This document shows, piece after piece, positions 52,484 through 62,581 of a stretch of DNA of 64,000 nucleotides. The position numbers and the translations under genes are program-made. The DNA lies in NCBI GenBank assembly GCA_019429045.1, contig JAHYJL010000001.1, forward strand, positions 1,588 through 65,587, in the 5' to 3' direction. Every line of letters begins with the position of its first letter. Position 1 is the first letter of the stretch. Source of the stretch: Bacteroidales bacterium (GTDB taxonomy: Bacteria; Bacteroidota; Bacteroidia; Bacteroidales; JAGOPY01). The notes under the pieces were generated by a model. That model saw only the letters and a list, made by a program, of their open reading frames with translations. It did not search any database and had not been told where the DNA came from.

Positions 52484-52790
52484 ATGTTCAGTCAAGCAGA
52501 ACTATTTGCAAAAGCCTTACCCATAGAGGCACCGTGGTTTGTTTCCGAGATCAGGTTTGACCAGGATGGTGGTCGCCTTGTGATATATGGATTGATTTTG
52601 AACGCGGGCCATTGTTCTTTTATGAGGAGTTCAGGACAACTTCCCCAATGCTGATATTGTCTTTGACCGGTTCCACATCAAGAAAATCATCAATGAGGCC
52701 GTTGATGCAGTACACAAGAAGGTAGTAGTAGTTAATCCTATCCTTAAAGGTTCCGGGTACATCTTTCTGAAGAACCAAAATTCATAAAGA
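52484..52790 (+). mobile_element. ISL3-family transposase relic (frameshifted and internally deleted)
   Basis: Fragments MFSQAELFAKALPIEAPWFVSEIRFD, IWIDFERGPLF and FPNADIVFDRFHIKKIINEAVDAV...LKGSGYIFLKN lie in different frames. Only about 300 bp remain. Confidence 0.6.
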
Positions 52791-52806
52791 TTTTATTCTG
52801 GGCAGG

Positions 52807-53133
52807 CTTTGTGCTGGTCCTGGTAATCGTTGTGTTTTTCAGCTATGTGCAACTATCCTGGAAAAGAACCTTTGACGCCCCTTATCCTGACATTGTGGCC
52901 AGCGATGACCCTGTGCTGATCGAACGGGGAAAATACCTGGCTTATGGTCCGGCGCATTGCGCCGTTTTAAAAGCGGAAGGGTACACAAGGGAAGCCCCAT
53001 GCCATGGGGATGTTTTTCCCGCATGGATGAGACTGACATGAAAGCGCTGTATCGCTATCTTAAATCGCTGGAACCGGTGGAGTTTGCCACAGGCAAAACG
53101 GTTTACTCCCCCGGAGAGGAGCTTCCCAGGTAA
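52807..53133 (+). pseudogene. Degenerate c-type cytochrome fragment, copy B
   Basis: Collinear with 44014..44340 over 327 nt, with roughly 20-25 mismatches counted by eye. It carries the same internal collapse as copy A. Confidence 0.6.
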
Positions 53134-53160
53134 GGGGACCATAAATTTAGTGGGATTGAA

Positions 53161-53434
53161 TTAAACTTCTTCAGTCTCCTCAGCCAGCCGGACTTTGGCA
53201 TATTCCTTCTTCCAGGCTATCAAGAATAATCCCAGGGCAATGACACCGATATTGAATACGCCCAGCGAGAAGACCCCGATACTGAACAGCCCTACAGAGA
53301 TAATCCCAACGGAAAATAATCCCGCTGAAAAAATTCCTGCCGAGAATGCTTTTAATACAGGTATGAATGGTGGGGGCCTGGTTCTTGGTTCCTGGTTCTT
53401 GGTTCTTGGGTTCCAACCAAATCTGTGAATTACC
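53161..53434 (-). other. Start-less ORF encoding a G-x-F-S-x pentapeptide-periodic membrane segment
   Basis: The stop-to-stop frame reads ...PFIPVLKAFSAGIFSAGLFSVGIISVGLFSIGVFSLGVFNIGVIALGLFLIAWKKEYAKVRLAEETEEV-stop. There is no ATG, GTG or TTG upstream, and the 5' part runs through the array at 53378. Confidence 0.4.
53378..53412. repeat. (GGTTCTT/GGTTCCT) heptamer array, 5 units
   Basis: CTGGTTCTTGGTTCCTGGTTCTTGGTTCTTGGGTTCC, read directly. Confidence 0.9.
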
Positions 53435-53542
53435 GCTTACCCTGGAAATACGTTCCGTGTTCAGATTTGATGAATAACAGGTCTCTTACAGAAACGATCA
53501 CCTCTTCCCTTCCGTAAATCGCGGTTGAATGGGTGCCTCCCC

Positions 53543-53585
53543 CCTTTGTGTACTTTGTGATACCCTTCGTGTCCTTTGTGGTTAA
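53543..53585. repeat. Solo copy of the GxxExxY-cassette arm (right-arm orientation)
   Basis: CCTTTGTGTACTTTGTGATACCCTTCGTGTCCTTTGTGGTTAA. Compare with 40263..40307. Confidence 0.85.
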
Positions 53586-54016
53586 GAAAAAAGGATAAAA
53601 TAGACAAAGAAAAACCTACCATTGATCTAAGCATCCAGGATGCCTTCCCGGTGAATTGCGACACCCTGTATTTCGGTGAATCCTTCACCATGAGAGTACG
53701 CTTCACCGATAATGTGGAACTGGGTTCATTCAGCATTGAGATCCATCAGAATTTCGACCATCATTCCCACAGCACAGAGGTCACCGAATGTAACATGGAT
53801 CCCATCAAAGCGCCAGTCAATCAGTATCTCTTCATCCAGGACTACGACATCCCGGCCGGACTGAGCGAGCATGTGACCGATCTGACCATTACCATTCCGT
53901 CAGGAAATGCCCATGGCCCGTTTGATACCGGCGATTATCATTTATACATCAGCCTGACGGATGCCGAAGGCTGGTCGGCGCAGAAGGGGCTGAGTGTGAA
54001 GATGGTGGGGAGGTGA
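53576..54016 (+). CDS. DUF4625-like protein, apparently 5'-truncated
   Basis: ...KDKIDKEKPTIDL...FTDNVELGSFSIEIHQNFDHHSH... The only available start is a TTG inside the repeat arm, and no signal peptide or lipobox is present. Confidence 0.55.
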   Translation: MWLRKKDKIDKEKPTIDLSIQDAFPVNCDTLYFGESFTMRVRFTDNVELGSFSIEIHQNFDHHSHSTEVTECNMDPIKAPVNQYLFIQDYDIPAGLSEHVTDLTITIPSGNAHGPFDTGDYHLYISLTDAEGWSAQKGLSVKMVGR

Positions 54017-54102
54017 GGGAGAAGAGGGGAAGAGGGGAAGAGGGGAAGAGGGGAAGAGGGGAAGAGGGGAAGAGGGGAAGAGGGGAAGAGGGGAAGAGGG
54101 GA
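54015..54102. repeat. (GGGGAAGA) octamer array, about 11 units
   Basis: Begins within the stop codon of the DUF4625-like gene. Confidence 0.95.
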
Positions 54103-54189
54103 ATTATGTGATTGTCGGTTTTCGATTTTATGGCACGCGGATGAGGCGGATCGGGGCTACAAAGGCTGCACCGGACGAAGCTTTATTTA

Positions 54190-54423
54190 TTATGTAAGGT
54201 GTTTCTTAAGTTCTTCGAATACTTTTTGTTGATCTTGGCGATTATCAAACAAAGTGATTATTTCGATTTCATCATTTTTTATACGGTAATAGAAAGAAGA
54301 TTGGGGAGTAATCACACACCTGAAAATGCCATTCATTTCATGAGACTCCGGACAGCTTTTTGGGTGGATGGACACTTGTTTGATTGCGTTCTTAAACTTT
54401 GATAGAAATTTTTCTTTAGCAAC
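54190..54423 (-). pseudogene. RelE/ParE-type toxin lacking its N-terminal ~20-25 codons
   Basis: The open frame reads VAKEKFLSKFKNAIKQVSIHPKSCPES...FYYRIKNDEIEIITLFDNRQDQQK. The only start codon is an internal GTG at 54375. Confidence 0.5.
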
Positions 54424-54628
54424 TTAAAAATTCTTCAAAAGATATTCTTTGACCATTGTCCAATTGATCTATTCCGAAAATGATTTCCTGCTTTTCGGAT
54501 TCACTTAACGTATGCCAGAAATCACCCGATTCTTTTGTGAGTAACTCCTTGATTTTAGCAATCAATGTAGGACTGTCAATGCTAAGAATGAGTTTCGCTA
54601 ATTCTATTTTCGCTGTTTGTATATCCAT
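54416..54628 (-). CDS. Putative antitoxin (small helical protein upstream of the toxin)
   Basis: 70 aa ORF whose end overlaps the toxin frame by 8 nt. The assignment rests on position and composition only. Confidence 0.4.
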   Translation of the reverse strand: MDIQTAKIELAKLILSIDSPTLIAKIKELLTKESGDFWHTLSESEKQEIIFGIDQLDNGQRISFEEFLSC

Positions 54629-54885
54629 ATTGTAAAAATACTACAATAATAAACGTGATATTGTTTCAAAACATTTTTGTTTGTTCCGGGCAAATTCACC
54701 ACTCATTCCCGGGCAAAGTGGTACAAGTTGGGCAGGAATATTCACATTATAGAACGCGGACCCCAATAGCTATCGGGGCGGATCGGGGGATGGCATTCTA
54801 ATTATACACTGTCAGGGCCTGCAGACGCTTACAGGCCGGGGGATGCAACAGGGAGAGTTTCCAGCCCGCGGGTTGGAAATCCTGG

Positions 54886-55413
54886 TTACTTCTCCCCTGC
54901 CAGAAATCGCGCGGTATTGACATTTCTCACGGTCATAAGCTGATAATACCTGTGGCTGATGATCTTGTTTAATTGGCTTTTGTTGTAGTTATTCCTGTCG
55001 ACATTCCAGAAGATGGCGCCTTTCACATAGCGTATATCCAGGAACTCCTTTTTTAATGGAAGTTCATTAATGGTCTTTTCCGAGTCGATTTGTGGAAAAA
55101 GGTAAGCCACGTCGGTCTTGTACGTCGCATCGTTCAACCATTCATCAGGGATGGCTTCCGCAATGGCTTTCATTTCTTGTATTGTCATGACAAGTGTCGG
55201 GATGTCGGCATTGAATTCTTTTTTTAATGTGGTGATGATTTTTTCAAGTACCTTATCCTGATTTTCATCTGATTCGAAAATAATATTCCCTGAGTTGATA
55301 TAGGTCGAAACATTGGTATAGCCGAGCGCTTCAAATAACGTCTTCAGCGCTTTCATATCTACGCGGATCGATTTTCCAACGTTAATTCCTCTGAGGAGAG
55401 CAATGTATTTCAT
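54886..55413 (-). CDS. DUF1697 family protein
   Basis: 175 aa ORF beginning MKYIALLRGINVGKSIRVDM.... Confidence 0.75.
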   Translation of the reverse strand: MKYIALLRGINVGKSIRVDMKALKTLFEALGYTNVSTYINSGNIIFESDENQDKVLEKIITTLKKEFNADIPTLVMTIQEMKAIAEAIPDEWLNDATYKTDVAYLFPQIDSEKTINELPLKKEFLDIRYVKGAIFWNVDRNNYNKSQLNKIISHRYYQLMTVRNVNTARFLAGEK

Positions 55414-55951
55414 GGCGGGGTTCCCGGTTTTTGATTGGGTATAATTCCTTCTTTGGCGAGTTCAAATATCGGTATCATTTCATTATATTTTCAAACCTGG
55501 TATTGCTGATCGGGTGGTGACTGAGGATTTTTCCTTTAAAGATGATGCAAAAGGTTTCGAATGCGCAGGGCGATTGCTGGGAACGGAGAATTGATACACC
55601 CTCGCTGACAGGCCAGTTGAGGAAGAAGCTGGATCTGGGCGACCGGAAAAGGTAGGTTAAAAAAAACAGGGGCCCGATCACGGAAACCTCTTTCTCTTCG
55701 CTTTTTCCCGGTAATCAAATATCCCTTACAGCTGCCTGCTGATAAACAATGCATTCGCCATACTGCCGATAAATCCCAGGCCTGTTCAACAGTTGCCGGG
55801 GCAAATTGCTTTTTTATCAATTGATGAAAGGCCATTCTAAATATCTAAATTATTTGTGAAAGTACTTTATGTCGAAATTATCACCACCGAGGCACTGAAG
55901 GCACTGATAAACACTAGGTTCTATCTCCTTAGGGCCCCTTAGCGGTCATTA

Positions 55952-57401
55952 TTACCCGGTTTTGGCAATATTCCCGATCATCCCCCGGAAGATAAAGCCA
56001 TGAAAAGGCAGAACGGAATACCAGTACAACCTTCCCAACAATCCAAGGGGCCGAAAAGTAGCGGTCTGAAACAAAATGCCATCTTGAATCTTAAACTCCA
56101 GCCATGCTTCCCCGGGTAGCTTCATTTCAGCATAGAGCAGCAAGCGTTTTTCCTCTTTGCTGGCATACAAAACCCGCCAGAAATCAAGTGAATCGCCGGC
56201 CGCCAGGTGCTGATCGTCCCTCCTGCCCCTGCGCAAGCCCACACCTCCGCTCATTTAATCCAGAAAGCCCCTGATCTCCCATAACCAATTGCCGTAGTAC
56301 CATCCATTCTTTCCTCCGATGGACCAGATCCGGTCTAAAACCCTCGCTTCGTTATCGATAGTTCTTTTCCGAATGTCCTTAAAACACCCGTTTTCCGGTA
56401 TTTCGACCAGCCGGCTGATGCCTTTCGATAGCTTTGCCCCAGACATAGCGTCCGTCCAGCTCGAAAGCACATCATGCTGCTCTATCTTGTCGAAGGCCAG
56501 GCGAACAGCATCTTCATAGCTGAGCAATTCAATATTGAGCAGCCGGGAAAGGTTGTTCCCGCTGCAAACAATTTCGACTTTCATGCTGTCGACCAGGTTC
56601 ACGGCAAGTTTATACGAAGTGGAGGTGATAAAATACAGCCAGTAGGATGATAGCTTTGGCGTCATGACCGGGACGACAAAAATGCCGCGCCTGAGCTTCC
56701 GGACCTTAGCAAACCGCAGCAGCATTTCTTTGTAGGTAAGGATCTCCGGGCCGCCGATGTCGAAGCTCTTGTCGAACGTTTCCTCCCGGAGCAAAACCCC
56801 GTTGAGGAACTGGATGACATTCCGGATGGCGATCGGCTGGGAACGGGTATCGAGCCACCTGGGAGCGATCATCACCGGCAGTTTCTCCACCAGGTCGCGG
56901 ATAATTTCGAATGAAGCGCTCCCACTGCCGACAATGATCCCAGCCCTGAGGGTGGTCAGTTGGTAATTGCCCTGCCTGAGGGTATCTTCAACCGCCTTTC
57001 GGGAAGAAAGATGTTTGGATAAATCCTGGCTGTTGATGATCCCGCTCAGGTAGATGACCTGTTTGGCTTGAGTCTGGTTGATCCGGTCCCTGAAATTTTC
57101 TGCCGAGCGTTTCTCCATTTCCTCAAAATCGCCGATTGCCGACGACATGGAATGCACCAGGTAATATGCCACATCAATGTCTTCCGGTATCGCTCCCAGG
57201 CTTTGTTCATCCAGAAAATCAACTTTAATAATAGTTAAGCCGGAACCCGGAATCTTGTCCGCCAACCGGCGGATGAAACCGGGAACCATCAAATCGCCTT
57301 TTATCCCTGACACAACACACCACCTCGTGGCCCTGTTCGAGTAAAACCGGAAGAAGTCTTTTGCCAATGTAACCGGTTACGCCGGTGAGAAGGATTTTCA
57401 T
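55952..57401 (-). pseudogene. SDR-family NAD(P)-binding protein with C-terminal DUF2867, broken by one frameshift and one in-frame TAA
   Basis: The Rossmann start MKILLTGVTGYIGKRLLPVLLEQGHEVVCCVRDK (ATG at 57401) is in a different frame from the 56255..57367 ORF. The junction ...RGFLD-TAA-MSGGVGLRRGRR at 56255..56257 joins the 55952..56254 ORF in frame. Confidence 0.7.
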
Positions 57402-57507
57402 GCTTACGGAACATTGAATATCCCGAAATGTTCAGTTTTCGATTTCTAAAGAACCGCAACTGCCTCCGCCTCGATCAGGCAGCAGTAATGTAATTTATTC
57501 GCCTGAA

Positions 57508-60164
<2,657 letters not shown>

Positions 60165-60188
60165 TTGAAATCTTCTCTTGAAAGAATT

Positions 60189-60204
60189 ATTCTTATATAA
60201 GAAT
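60189..60204. promoter_or_regulatory. Perfect 16 nt palindrome ATTCTTATATAAGAAT; candidate Fur/PerR box
   Basis: Lies 25-40 nt upstream of the fur-family start codon and is an A/T-rich dyad like Fur/PerR boxes. Confidence 0.45.
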
Positions 60205-60266
60205 CAGCAAATTTAAATAAATTTTTTCACATTGCTGTCATGAATTGTTCCTTTTGTCTTCATGTT

Positions 60267-61034
60267 CTATCTTTTTGCAATAACCAACATTTCATAGTCT
60301 TCGGTCGTTAATTTATCTTCACGGGAAAAAGCACCGAGTTTGGCTCCGAAGATTTCAATTTTTGCAAATCCAAGTGTTTTCAGCAACCAGGTTATTTCAG
60401 ATGGCATATAATACCTTTCGTTGCAATCGAGTTCTTTTTCTACTCCGTTGTCATCAACCATTTTGGTAATGTTGAAATCCCTGAAAGTCATCAGATCAAA
60501 ATTCTTGCTGTCGTATGTGGCACTGGCTTCAACAGACCCATCAGCGTGAAAATCATTTATTGAGTGAAACAATGGGAATAATCCGTTTAAGGTTGTGAAA
60601 ATGAATTTTGACTTGCTCTTCAAAGATTTTGTAACATTTTTAAGAATTTCGAAATTCATTTCATCGGTTTCCATTAGTGGAAAGCCTCCTTCACACATCA
60701 TGATAGCCAGATCAAATTGGTTTTCAAACGGCAAATTTCGTGCATCGTGCCTTAAAAATTCAATTTGTAAACCGTTCTGTTTTGCCTTTTCTCTCGCTTT
60801 TTCGAGTAACGATTCAGACAGATCAATCCCTGTCATTGAATAACCTCTTTTTGATAACTCAATTGAATGACGACCTGTGCCGCATCCAATATCAATAATC
60901 TTTGACTCCTTGTTGTAACTTATCTCTTTCTCAATAAAATCACATTCGCCTATTGTTCCCTGTGTGAAACATTCATTGTCATATTTTTGACCATAGTTTT
61001 CAAATAATGTTTCGTACCATTGTTTTTTATTCAT
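60267..61034 (-). CDS. Class I SAM-dependent methyltransferase
   Basis: 255 aa ORF with motif I IIDIGCGTGRH. Confidence 0.8.
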   Translation of the reverse strand: MNKKQWYETLFENYGQKYDNECFTQGTIGECDFIEKEISYNKESKIIDIGCGTGRHSIELSKRGYSMTGIDLSESLLEKAREKAKQNGLQIEFLRHDARNLPFENQFDLAIMMCEGGFPLMETDEMNFEILKNVTKSLKSKSKFIFTTLNGLFPLFHSINDFHADGSVEASATYDSKNFDLMTFRDFNITKMVDDNGVEKELDCNERYYMPSEITWLLKTLGFAKIEIFGAKLGAFSREDKLTTEDYEMLVIAKR

Positions 61035-61046
61035 TTTTTTAATTTT

Positions 61047-61646
61047 TTATATTTTCAATTCCGCTCTAAATATTGTTATTGCTTTCCCCCATATCTCAAC
61101 CCGGTTGTCAATCTGCTTAACTCTCAGGATTCCAGTCCGCTTAGACAATTGAAATGAGTTTAGCTCTGATTTCGCCGTTATTATCAAGTGTCCTAAACCG
61201 TTTCTTTTCATTGTTTCGAAATCTGGCTTCGCCTGTATGATTTCTTCCGGCGATTTAGCAACTGCAATTATCCAGTCATACAGGCTCGAGTACATTTCAA
61301 CTGGCTCAAATCCAATAGTATCCTTAAATGCTTTTATTGGATTAATCTTTTTTAAAGGATATTCTGGGAAGTTCATTTTAATCCAGTCCGACTCCCGGGA
61401 TACCGTCAAGTCTCCACCTTCTGCCTTAAAAATAATTACTTCATGATCACCAAGTATTCCCGTTTCATAAATTATATGGGCACTGGCCAGCGTAGCATGT
61501 CCGTATAAAGGCACTTCTCTTTCAGGTGTAAAATACCGTATCTTGAAAAAGCCCCCATTATGAATAATAAATGCAGTTTCCGACAGGTTCATTTCCAGCG
61601 CAATATTCTGCATCCATTCGGGTTCGGTGTTTTCATCAATCATCAT
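61047..61646 (-). CDS. PhzF-family protein, shortened (possibly non-functional)
   Basis: 199 aa ORF starting at ...EWMQNIALEMNLSETAF.... Family members I recall are about 260-300 aa and begin ~25 aa earlier, and a C-terminal segment also seems missing. Confidence 0.55.
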   Translation of the reverse strand: MMIDENTEPEWMQNIALEMNLSETAFIIHNGGFFKIRYFTPEREVPLYGHATLASAHIIYETGILGDHEVIIFKAEGGDLTVSRESDWIKMNFPEYPLKKINPIKAFKDTIGFEPVEMYSSLYDWIIAVAKSPEEIIQAKPDFETMKRNGLGHLIITAKSELNSFQLSKRTGILRVKQIDNRVEIWGKAITIFRAELKI

Positions 61647-61657
61647 TTGTAATCAAT

Positions 61658-62524
61658 TTATCTCGGTCCTATAAATTTATCTCCGTTAAAGTGGATCATA
61701 TGATCTGGGAAGCTGACTACCCAAACTTCCGTTTCCCAGGCAATTTCAGAAGTATGGCGTTTGAACTCCTTGAAATCAGGAAAAGCTGTCACGTATATTT
61801 TCCCGGCTTTGCAATTCTTCAACATCTTTTCCATTTCTACAATCCGTTTTGGTGAAACCGGACCATGTGACGTAACCGCTTCAATCAGGAACAACCACTT
61901 TTTCTTTTTGTCGTACAGAACGACATCCGGCAACTTACTGTGCTCATCAATCGGGATTCCCAGTTTTTCCAAACCCTTTTTATCCATGTAAAGATCTTTC
62001 TTGGCGGTATCACCTACATAAAGTAAATCACTTCCGGGAGCAAAGCGTGGAGAAAATTCTTCAATGATGGCAATCTGAACTTCATTGTGTTTGCCCGGAG
62101 AAAATGTAAGTTCTGTACCGTCCTTCAGCTTCAATGGGATTTTGCGTAATTCTCTTTTCTTGTGATATTTGTCTCTTAACAAGCCCACATTCTCTTTGAA
62201 ATATTTAATCTCTTTATTCCAGTTTCTACTGTTGAAGGATTTAATGACTTTCAAGGCTTCTGGTGATAATCGGTAATGATTGTCCTTACTGTTTGTTGCT
62301 AATTCAAGATTTTCAGGATTGTGGTTAACGATAACTGCCTGAACAAATTGATGAAGTGTTTGTCTGCGGAATGTTTCCCGTGAGTTTTCCGCATACGGTT
62401 TGTTGTAATGCTTGGCAATGAAACACATCACGCCTTCATACTTGGCATTCTCCTTATTACCAACAACAGACATGCTAACGGCTTTGGCCTTGTTCCATTT
62501 GTCCTTTTCTTTCAGGTTGCACAA
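61658..62524 (-). CDS. BsuBI/PstI-family type II restriction endonuclease
   Basis: C-terminal half: ...LPDVVLYDKKKKWLFLIEAVTSHGPVSPKR...HMIHFNGDKFIGP. It sits adjacent to an N6-adenine methyltransferase. Confidence 0.6.
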   Translation of the reverse strand: MCNLKEKDKWNKAKAVSMSVVGNKENAKYEGVMCFIAKHYNKPYAENSRETFRRQTLHQFVQAVIVNHNPENLELATNSKDNHYRLSPEALKVIKSFNSRNWNKEIKYFKENVGLLRDKYHKKRELRKIPLKLKDGTELTFSPGKHNEVQIAIIEEFSPRFAPGSDLLYVGDTAKKDLYMDKKGLEKLGIPIDEHSKLPDVVLYDKKKKWLFLIEAVTSHGPVSPKRIVEMEKMLKNCKAGKIYVTAFPDFKEFKRHTSEIAWETEVWVVSFPDHMIHFNGDKFIGPR

Positions 62525-62581
62525 AGCAAGGCGTTAATGCAGAGCGATCATTTTGCTGCCTCTTTGGAAGTCCCAACGCTT

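Noticed and set aside
57389-57474. Two small hairpins (GAACATT...AATGTTC and CTGCCT...AGGCAG) downstream of katG as terminators
   Set aside because: The stems are only 6-7 bp. The T-run is on the wrong strand for the first hairpin and weak for the second. They are too marginal to call.
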